DNA of 64,000 nt from a candidate division WOR-3 bacterium (GCA_965649265.1 CBFGKC010000006.1:64001-128000); one strand, 5' to 3'. Positions 1 through 11,348 are shown, counted from the first letter of the stretch. Numbers and translations: made by a program. Notes: a model not told the origin generated them from the sequence alone.

Positions 1-113
1 CTCAGCCCGGTCCTGATGCCGCCGGTCCAGGTACGTCCGATGCCTCTCCGAATAAAGATAAAGAAGACGTGCAGGCCGACTACAAGGTCATCGACGAGGA
101 AGAAGGCAAGTAG
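1..113 (+). CDS. dnaK: 3' end of chaperone DnaK (partial)
   Basis: Frame from nt 3 reads QPGPDAAGPGTSDASPNKDKEDVQADYKVIDEEEGK*, a typical DnaK tail; lies directly upstream of dnaJ. Confidence 0.8.
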   Translation, partial: QPGPDAAGPGTSDASPNKDKEDVQADYKVIDEEEGK

Positions 114-234
114 GATGCAGTTTTCCCGGTCGCAGGGTAGAACCTCCAAGGGATCAAGAATTACTTTAAAGTTTCCACTGCTTTCGATTGTAAGAGGAGA
201 CTTGTCATAATCAGTTTCTCAAAGGTCGCAGAAA

Positions 235-1347
235 ATGGCCGATAAGAAGGATTTCTATGAGGTTTTGGGTGTTCCCAGGAACGCCACGGAAGAGGAAATA
301 AAGAAGGCCTACCGCAAGCTTGCCAGACAGCACCATCCGGATGCCAATCCTGACAATCGCGACGAATCCCGTGAGAAGTTCAAGGAAATAAGCGAGGCCT
401 ACGACGTCCTCTCCGATTCTGAAAAGAAAAGACTTTACGACCAGTTCGGGCACGAGGGTGTAAATCGGCGATACGGTCCCCAGGGCTTCGACATGAATGA
501 CTTCTTCCGCCAGCACCAGACGGATTTCGAGGGCGATTCCATCTTCGGTGACCTCTTTTCCAATCTCTTCGAGGGATTCTTCGGCTTCGGCGGTCAGACG
601 GCGGTCAACCCGAGACGGCGTATGGGCGGAGACATTCGAATCAGAATATCTCTAACCCTTGAGGAGATCGCGTCCGGAACCAAGAAAACGGTCGAAGTAT
701 CGCGCCACGAGGAGTGCGACGAGTGCAAGGGCAAGGGAGGTTTCAATGCCGAGACCTGTTCGACCTGCCAGGGCAGGGGCCAGGTTACTACCGTCTCACG
801 TTCCTTTTTCGGAAGCATTCAGCAGCGTCAGACGTGCCCTTCGTGCGGCGGGACAGGGGAGACATTCAAGGAATCCTGTAAGGCGTGCAACTCAACAGGC
901 AGAGTAAAAAAACAAAAGAAGATAGAATTGAACATACCATCCGGCGTTACGAGCGGAAACTACATGAGGCTTCGTAATGAAGGACATTGGGGACCCGGCG
1001 GGAGGGGTGATATGATCGTGGAGTTCGACGAAAAGCGGCACTCGCTTTTCTTAAGACAAGGCGACGATATAATCGTCGACGTACCCATCTCATTTACGAT
1101 TGCCGCCCTCGGCGGTTCAATCGAAGTTCCTACCCTTAACGGCAAGAAGAAGATTAAGGTTTCGGCAGGCACTCAGTCAGGGACCCTTCAGCGGATTAGA
1201 GGTCAGGGGATAGGCCACCTGAACGGCGGCAGGGGTGACGAACTTGTACGTCTCATCGTTCACACTCCTGAGAAGCTTTCGGCAAGCCAGCGCAAGCTTA
1301 TGGAGGAACTCGATTACAAAGTTCCTGCACCAGGAAGGCCCAAGTAA
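235..1347 (+). CDS. dnaJ: Chaperone DnaJ
   Basis: J-domain with HPD, G/F-rich region, four CxxC zinc-finger repeats. Confidence 0.97.
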   Translation: MADKKDFYEVLGVPRNATEEEIKKAYRKLARQHHPDANPDNRDESREKFKEISEAYDVLSDSEKKRLYDQFGHEGVNRRYGPQGFDMNDFFRQHQTDFEGDSIFGDLFSNLFEGFFGFGGQTAVNPRRRMGGDIRIRISLTLEEIASGTKKTVEVSRHEECDECKGKGGFNAETCSTCQGRGQVTTVSRSFFGSIQQRQTCPSCGGTGETFKESCKACNSTGRVKKQKKIELNIPSGVTSGNYMRLRNEGHWGPGGRGDMIVEFDEKRHSLFLRQGDDIIVDVPISFTIAALGGSIEVPTLNGKKKIKVSAGTQSGTLQRIRGQGIGHLNGGRGDELVRLIVHTPEKLSASQRKLMEELDYKVPAPGRPK

Positions 1348-1351
1348 TTTC

Positions 1352-2077
1352 ATGAAGGAACTCTTCTACACACCTTCCAGGACGGTCTCAGGCGGCAGGC
1401 TGGTAATACACGGCGAAGAGGCTCACCATATATTCAAGGTCAAGCGCCACAGACAGGGCGAGCGAATCCTTGTAACGGACGGCGAGGGCTCCGAGTACCA
1501 TGTTCTAATCACTTCCGCCACGGAGAGCACCATCGAAGGCCAGATTATCTCCACGAAACGCAAGCCTACAGAGGCGCTTCTAGAGGTTACCCTAGCGTTC
1601 GGCATCGTTAAAGCACCTCGCATCGAGATCATCTTCGAGAAATGTACGGAGATGGGCGTCACCGCTTTTCAGCCGCTTGTCACCGCTCACACGGTGCCTG
1701 AATGGGAGGAGGGGGAGAAGAAATTCGACCGATTCGAAAGAATAATTATATCCGCTATGAAACAGTCGCTTAGATCGGTCATTCCCCGCGTAATGCCTTT
1801 GCTTGACCTGAGGGAATTTATCACTACAATACCTAATTATGATCATGCCCTGGTGGCATGGGAAGAAGCCCGTCATCAACTTCGAGAAAGGTTGACCACA
1901 AAGCGCGTCAGGAGAATAGCCTTGGTTATCGGTCCTGAGGGTGGTTTTGCACCTGATGAGATAGAAAACCTCATAACAGCCGGTGCAAAGCCTTTTTCAT
2001 TGGGACTCAGAAGACTGCGCGCCGAAACGGCTTCCATAGCCGCGTTGGCTAACGTGTATAATCTATATGATGTTTGA
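1352..2077 (+). CDS. rsmE: 16S rRNA m3U1498 methyltransferase RsmE
   Basis: HIFKVKR, EKCTEMG, IGPEGGF and LRAETA motifs; ATG at 1352 just after the dnaJ stop. Confidence 0.93.
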   Translation: MKELFYTPSRTVSGGRLVIHGEEAHHIFKVKRHRQGERILVTDGEGSEYHVLITSATESTIEGQIISTKRKPTEALLEVTLAFGIVKAPRIEIIFEKCTEMGVTAFQPLVTAHTVPEWEEGEKKFDRFERIIISAMKQSLRSVIPRVMPLLDLREFITTIPNYDHALVAWEEARHQLRERLTTKRVRRIALVIGPEGGFAPDEIENLITAGAKPFSLGLRRLRAETASIAALANVYNLYDV

Positions 2078-2112
2078 AACTTGTAAAAGCCTCATGAAAG
2101 GAGGTGAATTGA

Positions 2113-2313
2113 TTGGCAACTATAAACGTTCGCGATGGTGAATCTTACGAAAGCTTCATGCGGCGTTTCCGCAGGGCCTGCGAGAAGGCAGGCATTTTGC
2201 GTGACTACAAGCGTCACGAGTTCTACGAGAAACCGAGCGAGAAACGTAAGCGCAAGCTCATAGAGGCGCGGCGCAAGACATGGCGCAGGCGCCACAAGGA
2301 TCAGCAGTACTGA
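2113..2313 (+). CDS. rpsU: 30S ribosomal protein S21
   Basis: RRFRR...EFYEKPSEKRKRK; TTG start after a strong SD (AAGGAGGTG). Confidence 0.95.
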   Translation: MATINVRDGESYESFMRRFRRACEKAGILRDYKRHEFYEKPSEKRKRKLIEARRKTWRRRHKDQQY

Positions 2314-2314
2314 A

Positions 2315-4618
2315 GTGATTCTCGAAGAGACGTTTGAGCGTCTCGATTTTGCGCGTGTTCGTGGATTGTTGGCCGATGCCTGTGCGACGGCCGGAGCAAA
2401 AAAGCGAGCTTTGGCGCTTGTTCCGTGTGCAAATGCGGAACAAGCTAAAAGGCGTTTTGCGGAAACAGAAGAGGCCTTTTGTTTTAAACAAGGCCTGCCT
2501 TTTGGTATGTGTTCTGTGGCAGAGGAGTTGCTTGAATCGATCGAAAGAGAGCGTTACCTTGTACCAAAGGAATTTCTCAAGCTTGCCGAGGTTCTTGAAG
2601 GGTTCATGCTGATCGAAAAGAGGACCAGAGCGGTGCGGAGGGAGGAGTTCCCGCTCCTTAAAGAGGCTGCAGAAGGCGTTAAGCCGATAGAAGATCTTCG
2701 AATGCGTATAATCGAGGCCGTTGACGAAGAAGGAGTGAAGGAGTCCGCTTCCCCTCTCCTTGCCGAAATAAGGCGGTCAATGGCATCAGAGCGCCGTGCC
2801 GTGATGAAAGGACTTGAATCGATGATTGCCGCAAGGCCGGAGATATTCCAGGAATCTGCCATTCATTTCCGCGAGGGCAGGCTTGTGCTTGCCGTACGCA
2901 GGGAGCGCGAACAGGAGCTTTCAGGCATTATGCATGGAGTATCGGGTGCAGGTGCAACAAGTTTCATTGAACCTTTTGAGAGCGTCTCAGGCAATAATAA
3001 ACTCCGTGCTCTCCGCGACGAGGAGCGTGAGGAGTTGGAGAGAATCCTTCTGGAACTCGCCGGAGCCGTCCGCGAAAAAACCTCGGAGATTCGCTCTTCC
3101 CTCGATGCCGTAGAGGAACTGGATTTTATCTTCGCGCGCGCAGACTGGGCAGAGCGTTTGCGAGCTTCGGCAGTCGATCCCGATTCGAAATCCCTTGAGA
3201 TATTGAGCGCACGTCATCCTATTCTGGAGCTACGGCGCAAGGTAATCCCGCTCGATCTAAAGGTGTCGCCCGGTACAAAGGTTCTTCTCATCTCCGGTCC
3301 AAATGCGGGAGGCAAGTCGGTTGTCCTCAAGACGGTGGGTCTTTCGGCGCTTCTTGCAGTTTCCGGGATACACGTTCCAGCATCTGCCGATACAAGAATC
3401 CCTTTCTTCAAGAAGGTTTTCATCGATATCGGTGACGAACAATCCATTGACGATAATCTTTCGAGCTTTACCGCGCATCTTGCCAATCTGAAGACCATCC
3501 TCGAAGAGGCCGACGAGGAATCGCTCGTACTTCTCGATGAACTTGGTTCCTCCACGTCACCGGAGGAGGGGGGAGCGCTTGGAATGGCGGTGCTTTCCGC
3601 TCTAGCTGAAAAGGGGACGACCGTCATTGCAACTACTCATCTTGAGTCCCTTAAGTACTTCGTCGAGCAGCACGAGTCCATGGAGAACGCCGGAATGGAA
3701 TTTCTCGGCCACCCAACCTACAGGCTTATCATGGGTATTCCGGGTATGTCCAACGCCCTTGAGGTGGCGGATGAGGCGGGGTTCCCGAGCCGGATAACGG
3801 AAATGGCCAGGGGGTATTTGCGTCCCGAGCTTGTCGAGATGTCGGAGATGATCTCCCGGATTTCGGAAGAACGACGCAAAGCGCAGATGCTGCGCGTCGA
3901 ACTCGAAAAAGAGCTTGGCGAACTCAAGGAAAAAGAAGCGCGATACGAAGTGCTCGAAAGTGAGCTCGCGTTGCGCCGCAAAAGGTTTGATTCAGAGATG
4001 CTCTCCGAAAGAAAAAAGCTCATCACCGACGCGCGGCGCGAGGTTGAAAACCTCGTGAAATCAATAAAAGAAAGCAAGGCCACAAGGGAATCGGTCGTTG
4101 CCGCACAAAGATATCTAAAGGAAAAGGACAAGGAGTTGAGTTCAGCCTTGAGGGAAGAGACCCCCATTATCTCGACAGACCTGGATGAAGGTATGAGGGT
4201 CAGGTCTTCCAGATTAGGGAGAGAAGGAACGATCGTCGAAATTAATGAACGTTCCGGTGAGGCGCTTGTTGAGTTCGGAACCCTCAAAATGGCTTTGAGC
4301 CTTTCGGATCTTGAACCCTGCGCGGACGAGCGTCCCCGCAAGGCGGTCTCGCGCGTAGATGAAGAAGCCGTTTTCAATCCCAGGCTTCATCTGCGGGGGA
4401 TGTACGCTGAGGAGGCCTACGAGCGCCTTGTCGCTTACGTCTCCGAGGCTGTTGCCCTGGGTGTGTCCGAGCTGTTCATCGTGCACGGGAAGGGAACCGG
4501 TGTTTTAAAGAATCTTGTCATGGAATTCGCAAGAACGGACCGCAGGGTCGCCTCATACCGTGTAGGTGAGCCCTTCGAGGGCGGTGACGGCGTTACCGTT
4601 TTGAGGTTGGCGGTATGA
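2315..4618 (+). CDS. mutS2: MutS2 (MutS ATPase plus Smr domain)
   Basis: Walker A ISGPNAGGKS, DIGDEQS, LLDELG, coiled coil, C-terminal Smr (VHGKGTG...GGDG). Confidence 0.93.
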   Translation: MILEETFERLDFARVRGLLADACATAGAKKRALALVPCANAEQAKRRFAETEEAFCFKQGLPFGMCSVAEELLESIERERYLVPKEFLKLAEVLEGFMLIEKRTRAVRREEFPLLKEAAEGVKPIEDLRMRIIEAVDEEGVKESASPLLAEIRRSMASERRAVMKGLESMIAARPEIFQESAIHFREGRLVLAVRREREQELSGIMHGVSGAGATSFIEPFESVSGNNKLRALRDEEREELERILLELAGAVREKTSEIRSSLDAVEELDFIFARADWAERLRASAVDPDSKSLEILSARHPILELRRKVIPLDLKVSPGTKVLLISGPNAGGKSVVLKTVGLSALLAVSGIHVPASADTRIPFFKKVFIDIGDEQSIDDNLSSFTAHLANLKTILEEADEESLVLLDELGSSTSPEEGGALGMAVLSALAEKGTTVIATTHLESLKYFVEQHESMENAGMEFLGHPTYRLIMGIPGMSNALEVADEAGFPSRITEMARGYLRPELVEMSEMISRISEERRKAQMLRVELEKELGELKEKEARYEVLESELALRRKRFDSEMLSERKKLITDARREVENLVKSIKESKATRESVVAAQRYLKEKDKELSSALREETPIISTDLDEGMRVRSSRLGREGTIVEINERSGEALVEFGTLKMALSLSDLEPCADERPRKAVSRVDEEAVFNPRLHLRGMYAEEAYERLVAYVSEAVALGVSELFIVHGKGTGVLKNLVMEFARTDRRVASYRVGEPFEGGDGVTVLRLAV

Positions 4619-6366
4619 TATCGCACGAAATCGTCGAGCGCGTCAGAACCGAAACCGACATAGTCGGGCTCATCGGCGAGTACGTCACTCTCAAGCGCTC
4701 GGGACGCAGTTTTACAGGGCTTTGCCCTTTTCACCAGGAGAAGACGCCTTCGTTTAACGTCAGCCCTGAAAGGCAGGCCTACCACTGCTTCGGCTGCGGG
4801 GCAGGCGGAAACGCCTTGACATTCATAATGAATTACGAAAACGTAACTTTCCCCGAAGCCGTAAAGAAACTCGCCGAAAGACTCGGGATAAAGATCGAAT
4901 ACACCGCCGAGGACGATCCTACAAAGCCTCTTTCCGACGCACTCGAGATCGTCCACAAGCTTTACCAGGATACCTTGTGGTCGCAGGACGGGTTAGAGGC
5001 CCAGCGCTATCTTGCCTCACGCGGTCTAAAAAAAGAAACAATTAAGAACTTCGGGCTGGGACTTGTTCCCCAGGACGTATCATTGCTCATCCACCGAGCG
5101 CGCGAGGCCAAACTCAGCACGAATACACTTGCGGAAGCCGGGGTTCTGGGAACCCGCTCCGGCAGTCACTATCCGTTTCTTGGGGGCAGGATTGTTTTTC
5201 CTATCCGTACTTCATCCGGCAAACTCGTAGGCTTTTCCGGTCGCATCTATGGCGAGGACTCCAATCCTGCCAAGTACGTCAACACCCCCGAGACCAGGCT
5301 CTTCAAGAAGGGGCAGCTTCTTTACGGGCTTTCCGAGGCAAGGCCTTATCTGAGGCGTGACGGTGCATTGATCGTCGAGGGTCAGATGGACGTCTTAAGG
5401 CTCAGTCAGGATGGTTTTCACAACGCAGTAGCTCCTCTGGGAACGGCATTCACCAACGACCATGCGAAGCTGCTCACACGCTACGCCGATTCCTGTATCC
5501 TTCTTTTTGACGGCGACGAGGCGGGACGCAAGGCGGCGCTGCGAACCCTGGGTGAGGTACTTGCTTCGGATCTTGATACAAGGCTTGTTCTACTTCCTGA
5601 GGGGGAGGACCCGGCGAGCTTTCTTTCAGGACACCAGGCAGGCGAGCTTGCAGAAATCATAAAGAACGCGGAAGAGCCCGTAGGCTTTCTTTACAAGCTT
5701 CTGGCTCCTGAGGGTACAGGCGCGACCAGACGGACGGCAGAGCTGATGATATCTATAATTCGTCGGGTTCCTGACAGGTTAAGGCGTGAGCTGTACATAG
5801 ACGAGGCGGCCAAATTCATTGGTGTGGACAGGAAGATCATAGCGGAAAGGATTTCTGCATCGAGCCCGGACGCACACAGGGTTTCGGGTACTAGATCTAC
5901 AAGAAACGTTACGGGTATGGGTGTTACGGGTGTTACGGGTGGGTTAAGATTCTCGGAATCTGAGGATGTGCTTTTCCGAATGATGGTAGCGAGTTCGGAG
6001 TTCGTTCGCATGGCTTCTGAACATCTTCCTTCTTCTCTTTTTGAAGAAGCGGAGAAGAGGGAGCTTTTGGAGAAGCTTTACGAGACGGCCAGGGAGCGCG
6101 AGCAATTCACCCCGGGGGACATACTTGATTCTTTGTCTCCCGAAATGCAGCGCAGGGTTTCAGCCTGGAGTCTTTCGGAATTACGTTATTCGAGAGAAGA
6201 GTTCGCGAGGGCTCTTGCTCACTATATATTTCAGCGCACGCGTGACAGGCTGCGCAGCGACCTCAAGGAGGCCGAACGCGCGGGTGATGCGGAGCGTGCA
6301 AAGAGTCTGCTCGGTCAGTTGAATTCATTGGTTAAAGAAAGCAACAAAATCTATCAGGGCATATGA
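4615..6366 (+). CDS. dnaG: DNA primase
   Basis: CPFH...CFGC zinc finger, [14 protein letters not shown] motifs EGQMDV and FDGDEAG. Confidence 0.97.
   Translation: MISHEIVERVRTETDIVGLIGEYVTLKRSGRSFTGLCPFHQEKTPSFNVSPERQAYHCFGCGAGGNALTFIMNYENVTFPEAVKKLAERLGIKIEYTAEDDPTKPLSDALEIVHKLYQDTLWSQDGLEAQRYLASRGLKKETIKNFGLGLVPQDVSLLIHRAREAKLSTNTLAEAGVLGTRSGSHYPFLGGRIVFPIRTSSGKLVGFSGRIYGEDSNPAKYVNTPETRLFKKGQLLYGLSEARPYLRRDGALIVEGQMDVLRLSQDGFHNAVAPLGTAFTNDHAKLLTRYADSCILLFDGDEAGRKAALRTLGEVLASDLDTRLVLLPEGEDPASFLSGHQAGELAEIIKNAEEPVGFLYKLLAPEGTGATRRTAELMISIIRRVPDRLRRELYIDEAAKFIGVDRKIIAERISASSPDAHRVSGTRSTRNVTGMGVTGVTGGLRFSESEDVLFRMMVASSEFVRMASEHLPSSLFEEAEKRELLEKLYETAREREQFTPGDILDSLSPEMQRRVSAWSLSELRYSREEFARALAHYIFQRTRDRLRSDLKEAERAGDAERAKSLLGQLNSLVKESNKIYQGI
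5908..5945 (-). repeat. Irregular CCCGTAAC(AC) tandem repeat inside dnaG
   Basis: gttacgggtatgggtgttacgggtgttacgggtgggtt, encoding [12 protein letters not shown] in the primase linker. Confidence 0.85.
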
Positions 6367-8006
6367 AGAAGAATAAAAACAATTCACCCGCTGCCGCGCC
6401 TTTGCGCGGCAAGGAGATCGCTGAGGAGATTCTCAAGCAACTCAACGATCGGCAAACGATAACTTACAAGGAACTTGAGACCCATCTTCCGGAGACATAC
6501 GTTTCATCGGACGAGGTAGACGAGATAATCGTCAGGCTTCGCGATGGGGGGGTAATGCTCGTTTCCGACGGCGAGGAACGTCCGGAGGAGTCAAAAGAAA
6601 AAACGGGCAAACTGCCCAAAGTAAAGGGTCGCAAGGATTCGACTCGTTCGTATTTCAAAGAACTCAACAAATTCGGACTTCTCACGAAGGATGATGAAGT
6701 CAAGTACTCTAAGCAGATGGAGGAGGGATATTCGACACTTCAGCGAGAGATATTTTCTGCAACAGGAGTAGTCGATCAGCTTATCCTGCATTGCAGAGAG
6801 ATTGAAACCGGTGAGAGACCGGTTGACCAGATAGCCAAACCCGACATAGATTCAGTACTTGACAAAAAACTCTATTTACGCTGGAAGCAGCAATTTTTAA
6901 GGACAACAGCCAAGGTCGCGGAATACAACGAGATGATTCGCGAGGTAACCAAGCGCAGAAACCGGACAAAGGAGGAGGAGGAGGCTCTGGGCAAGTTTCG
7001 CGACAAACTATATCAAAAGATACTTGGGCTTTCTTTGCAAATGGAAGTCGTGAAAGACTACTCCGAAAGGTATAGAAGAGAGGTAGAAGAGCTTATAAAG
7101 ATAGATTCACAGGCTTTAAAAATAAAAGCAAAGGCCGAAACCGACTCCAAGGTGCGTGAAGAATACCAGGAGCTTCGCAACGAGCTCCGTCGTGCCGAGC
7201 GTAACTTCGGCAGACCCCTTGACGAAGCACGTGCAAGTCTTGCACACGTTCTGGAAATTGAGAAGGTGATTCTTGGAGCCCGTGATCATATGATCGAGGG
7301 TAACGTACGCCTCGTTATCTCCATTGCGAAGCGCTATACAAACCGCGGGCTCGAATTCATCGATTTGATTGCCGAAGGAAACTGCGGTCTTATAAAAGCC
7401 GTCGAGAAGTTCGACTACAAAAAAGGGTACAAGTTTTCTACATACGCGACATGGTGGATCAAGCAGGCCATCACGAGAGCGATTGCCGACCAGTCGCGTA
7501 CGGTTCGCGTTCCCGCGCACATCATTGATGCCATCAACAAGATAACTCGCGTGTCAAGGCGTTTTATTCAAAAACACGGGCGTCTTCCCGGCCCGAACGA
7601 GATTGCACACTATCTTCCCTCGTTCAGCGAGGACAAGGTGAAGTTCCTCACGAACATTGCCCAGTACCATGTCTCTCTGGATAAATCCATAGACGACGAC
7701 AACTCTTCCTTCGTCGGTGATTTCATCTCCGACGACAAGACACCTGTTCCTACCTACCATGCGGCCCGGTCGGTTCTGGAAACCAAGATCGATGACGCAC
7801 TAGGAACGCTCTCGAAGCGCGAGGAGACCGTCCTCAGGCTTCGCTTCGGCGTGGACGACGGTGTGCAGCGCACTCTCGAAGAAGTCGGTCAGATATTCAA
7901 CGTCACCCGCGAACGAATCCGTCAGATTGAGGCAAAGGCGATCAAGAAGCTGCGTGACCCGTCGCGTCGAAAGATATTCGACCCCCTCAAGGAATTGCTC
8001 AGATAA
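6363..8006 (+). CDS. rpoD: Primary sigma factor RpoD (sigma70)
   Basis: Region 1.1, non-conserved region, [22 protein letters not shown]...TRERIRQIE; follows dnaG. Confidence 0.96.
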   Translation: MKKNKNNSPAAAPLRGKEIAEEILKQLNDRQTITYKELETHLPETYVSSDEVDEIIVRLRDGGVMLVSDGEERPEESKEKTGKLPKVKGRKDSTRSYFKELNKFGLLTKDDEVKYSKQMEEGYSTLQREIFSATGVVDQLILHCREIETGERPVDQIAKPDIDSVLDKKLYLRWKQQFLRTTAKVAEYNEMIREVTKRRNRTKEEEEALGKFRDKLYQKILGLSLQMEVVKDYSERYRREVEELIKIDSQALKIKAKAETDSKVREEYQELRNELRRAERNFGRPLDEARASLAHVLEIEKVILGARDHMIEGNVRLVISIAKRYTNRGLEFIDLIAEGNCGLIKAVEKFDYKKGYKFSTYATWWIKQAITRAIADQSRTVRVPAHIIDAINKITRVSRRFIQKHGRLPGPNEIAHYLPSFSEDKVKFLTNIAQYHVSLDKSIDDDNSSFVGDFISDDKTPVPTYHAARSVLETKIDDALGTLSKREETVLRLRFGVDDGVQRTLEEVGQIFNVTRERIRQIEAKAIKKLRDPSRRKIFDPLKELLR

Positions 8007-8262
8007 CGCACGTATCCTTTCGTCTCTCTTTCGGTTCTTCTATTCTGAAGATTTTGATAACGGTCATTCGATAAGCCTTTCTTAGTTGATTATTAAATTG
8101 AACAGGATGTTTAATTATGATGAAGCTTTCCAGGGGGACATGATTCAAGTTTTTTTCGCAATCGCAGACGCTTAGATCTATTGAACTTGATGCGCTGTAA
8201 CCATGTGAAAGATACGGGATTTGCGTTTCTCTTTGCATCAGAGGAAAGGGACATTTCACATG

Positions 8263-8290
8263 TTGACAGGCTCGCTTTGCGCCTTATAAT
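8263..8290 (+). promoter_or_regulatory. Consensus sigma70 promoter TTGACA-16-TATAAT
   Basis: TTGACA at 8263-8268 and TATAAT at 8285-8290. Confidence 0.8.
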
Positions 8291-8327
8291 TTGTTAGAAT
8301 GTATACTTGTTCTTCAAGGAGGAAAAA

Positions 8328-9449
8328 TTGGCACATGCATATACGCCCGGTTTAAAGGTTACTGCCAAGACAAAAATAATAAAGGAACGCAGATTACCCC
8401 TTCAGGGAGAAGTGCTGGTTTCGAAGGGTGAGGTTCTGGACGGCGATACAATTGTCGCTAAAACGCTGCTTCCCGGAAACGTTACAACCGTCAATGTTGC
8501 CGGACTTCTAGGTGTGCTGCCTCAGGATGCGCCCGAACACATGCTTAAAAAGCCTGGTGACGAGGTTCGTTCAGGTGAATCCCTGGCCGAGAGCAAAGGT
8601 CTTTTCGGGATGTTCAAGTCCAAGGTGGAATCTCCAATCAGTGGAATAATAGAGAGTGTATCTCCAATAACAGGTCAGGTTATACTACGTGAACCGCCCG
8701 AACCGGTCCAGGTCGATGCGTACGTGGACGGCAAGGTTGTGGAAGTCTACGATAAGGAAGGCGTCTCGGTGGAAACCACCGGAAGCTTCATACAAGGTAT
8801 TTTCGGATTCGGCGGTGAGCGCCGGGGCATCATAAAGATGATTGCCAAAAGTTCTGACGAGGTCATTGACGAACAGAAGCTTGACGAAAGCATGAAAGGT
8901 GCCGTAGTTGTGGGTGGTGCCCTGGTAACGGCGGGAGCTATCAAAAAAGGCATCGAGTATGGTATTAAGGGCATAGTAGTCGGCGGAATCGAGGACTCGA
9001 CCATAAAAGAGGTCCTGGGTTATGATATAGGCGTGGCCATTACCGGTTCCGAACCTATTCCTCTGACCGTCATTGTTACCGAAGGCTTCGGCAAGATGCG
9101 GATGGCAGGTCGCACTTTTGATCTCCTAAAGGAGCTTGACGGAATGAAGGCCTCGATCAACGGCGCGACTCAGATTCGTGCCGGAGTCATAAGGCCTGAG
9201 ATAATCGTGACGCGCGAGACCAAGGAAATGCGTCGTTCACAGGATTCCTTGGAAGAAGGACTCAAGGTCGGAACGCAGGTCCGAATCATCCGGGAGCCGC
9301 ATTTCGGCGGTATCGGAAAGGTAGTAGACCTGCCTGTCGACCTTGAGAATATAGAAACCGAATCAAAGGTGAGGGTTCTTGTTGTTGAACTTGAAGACAA
9401 AGAACACGTTCGTTTGCCGCGAGCAAACGTTGAAATCATCGAGGCTTAA
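8328..9449 (+). CDS. Conserved hypothetical protein (barrel-sandwich-hybrid-like N-terminal part, KOW-like C-terminus)
   Basis: TTG after SD AAGGAGG; AHAYTPGLKV start, ATQIRAGVIRPE, VRIIREPHFG...RANVE tail. Confidence 0.75.
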   Translation: MAHAYTPGLKVTAKTKIIKERRLPLQGEVLVSKGEVLDGDTIVAKTLLPGNVTTVNVAGLLGVLPQDAPEHMLKKPGDEVRSGESLAESKGLFGMFKSKVESPISGIIESVSPITGQVILREPPEPVQVDAYVDGKVVEVYDKEGVSVETTGSFIQGIFGFGGERRGIIKMIAKSSDEVIDEQKLDESMKGAVVVGGALVTAGAIKKGIEYGIKGIVVGGIEDSTIKEVLGYDIGVAITGSEPIPLTVIVTEGFGKMRMAGRTFDLLKELDGMKASINGATQIRAGVIRPEIIVTRETKEMRRSQDSLEEGLKVGTQVRIIREPHFGGIGKVVDLPVDLENIETESKVRVLVVELEDKEHVRLPRANVEIIEA

Positions 9450-9456
9450 GAAGATT

Positions 9457-10401
9457 TTGGGCATCTTTGAGAGTATAAAGCGCACCGCGCTGCTATTACT
9501 GGTGAGTGCGGTGGCTACTTCTGCATGGGCTTCTCAGGGATATGCTTCCTTAAAAATAACTTCTGGAGCTCGCGAATCGGCGATGGGTGAGAGCGGCGTT
9601 GCCGGGGCTGTATCGGCGACGTCAATCAGATGGAATCCCGCTCTTCTTGCCGGAGGCAGCACATTAGAGGCGGCAGCCCATTACACAAGCTGGCTTGTCG
9701 GAACTTCGCAAGGCGGGCTCTTCGTTAAGCGCAGGCTTGGGCCCGCGGCCATCGGCGTGGGAGTCTTGTACTTCTCAGGAGGGGAGATAGAGCTGCGTGA
9801 CAGCGTCCCTTCCGAGAATCCCCTTTCCACCTACTCCTTTTCCGATCTCTCCCTCGCATTCGGCGGAGCGGTTGAACTCGTCAAAGGTACAAAAGTAGGG
9901 CTGGTCGCCAGATATTTTTCCGAGCGCCTTTGGAATTACTCGGGTTCAAGCTGGGGGCTGGATGCGGGGTTGAGTTTTGAACCCCTTAAAGGGCTGAACT
10001 TCGGATTTTCGATTGTAGATCTCGGATTCGACACACGCCTCAAAGGACAGGTTTTCAAGCCGCCGATGACGATGCGCGTAGGTGGTTCTTTTACGCATGG
10101 CTGGAACAAGAATTTCGCGACAAGTCTTAATCTCGATGTTCTTTACAGGCCTTATGACCAGGAGCCTGGAATACGAACCGGTCTTGAGGTAAAGCTTTTT
10201 GATCTCCTGGCTCTCCGGGCGGGCGTCAAGATGTTGTACCTTGACGGTGATAAACTTGAGATTCTTCCTCCGACCGAATTTCTGACTTTCGGCATAGGCG
10301 TTGTTCATAAGGGTATTTCTGTGGATTACGCTCTTGTGCCTTACGAGCGGATGGATTTGGGTCTCACTCACCGTATAAGTCTTAACTTTGCTTTCGATTG
10401 A
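9457..10401 (+). CDS. PorV/PorQ-family outer-membrane beta-barrel protein (start uncertain)
   Basis: Signal peptide, LKITSGARESAMGE...WNPA motif, C-terminal LGLTHRISL. Confidence 0.8.
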   Translation: MGIFESIKRTALLLLVSAVATSAWASQGYASLKITSGARESAMGESGVAGAVSATSIRWNPALLAGGSTLEAAAHYTSWLVGTSQGGLFVKRRLGPAAIGVGVLYFSGGEIELRDSVPSENPLSTYSFSDLSLAFGGAVELVKGTKVGLVARYFSERLWNYSGSSWGLDAGLSFEPLKGLNFGFSIVDLGFDTRLKGQVFKPPMTMRVGGSFTHGWNKNFATSLNLDVLYRPYDQEPGIRTGLEVKLFDLLALRAGVKMLYLDGDKLEILPPTEFLTFGIGVVHKGISVDYALVPYERMDLGLTHRISLNFAFD

Positions 10402-11348
10402 TGGCTGAAATTCTTCTGGATTTCGAGAAACCTATCGCCGAACTCGAAAAGAGAATAGAAGCCCTAAGCGGGCTTTCAGGTGTCGATGAAGAGATATCCA
10501 GGCTTCAGAAGCAGGTTGAAAGACTCAGGGAAAAGGTGTATTCAAAGCTGTCCCGATGGCAAATAGTCCAGCTTGCACGCCATCCCCGCAGGCCTTATAC
10601 ACTTGATCTTGCCCCGTACATGTTCTCGGATTTCGTTGAACTCCACGGGGACAGGTTCTTTGCAGACGATGAGGCCATTGTGGCAGGTCTTGCCCGATTC
10701 AGGGGCCGCTCTGTAGTCGTGGTCGGCCATCAGAAAGGCCACGAGACTAAAGAAAAAATCAAGCGCAATTTCGGCATGGTCCACCCGGAGGGGTGTCGCA
10801 AGGCGTTGCGTGTGTATAAGCTTGCCGAAAGGTTCGGCATGCCTGTGATAAACTTCGTCGACATCATGGGAGCCTATCCGGGTGTAGGTGCCGAGGAGCG
10901 CGGTATCTCCGAGGCTATCGCCCGGAATCTTGAGGAACTTGCAGTACTGAGAGTTCCGATAATAGTTGTTATTACGGGCGAGGGCGGGTCGGGCGGTGCT
11001 TTAGCAATTGCTGTCGGCGACCGGTTATACATGATGGAATATTCGTACTATTCGGTAATAACACCGGAGGGCTGTGCCTCGATTCTCTGGCGCGACAGTT
11101 CCAAGGCACCACAGGCTGCGGAGGCCCTTCAGTTCACGAGTCGTGACAATCTCGCTCATGGTATCATTGACGGTGTCATTGAGGAACCACCGGGCGGCGC
11201 GCACAGAGACTGGGCAAAAGCGGCAAGACTTATCAGCGATCAGATAGAAAAGGGTTTGAAGGAGCTCGAGTCGCTTTCAGCAGAAGAGCTTATTGCGAAG
11301 CGCATCGGCAAGCTCCGTTCGATTGGCAAGTATAAGGTCTCCTCTTGA
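10401..11348 (+). CDS. accA: Acetyl-CoA carboxylase carboxyltransferase alpha subunit
   Basis: LDFEKPI, ARHPRRP, GEGGSGGALA, YSVITPEGCASILW. Confidence 0.97.
   Translation: MAEILLDFEKPIAELEKRIEALSGLSGVDEEISRLQKQVERLREKVYSKLSRWQIVQLARHPRRPYTLDLAPYMFSDFVELHGDRFFADDEAIVAGLARFRGRSVVVVGHQKGHETKEKIKRNFGMVHPEGCRKALRVYKLAERFGMPVINFVDIMGAYPGVGAEERGISEAIARNLEELAVLRVPIIVVITGEGGSGGALAIAVGDRLYMMEYSYYSVITPEGCASILWRDSSKAPQAAEALQFTSRDNLAHGIIDGVIEEPPGGAHRDWAKAARLISDQIEKGLKELESLSAEELIAKRIGKLRSIGKYKVSS

Noticed and set aside
7999-8259. 86-aa minus-strand ORF after rpoD
   Set aside because: No recognisable motif or RBS; probably intergenic
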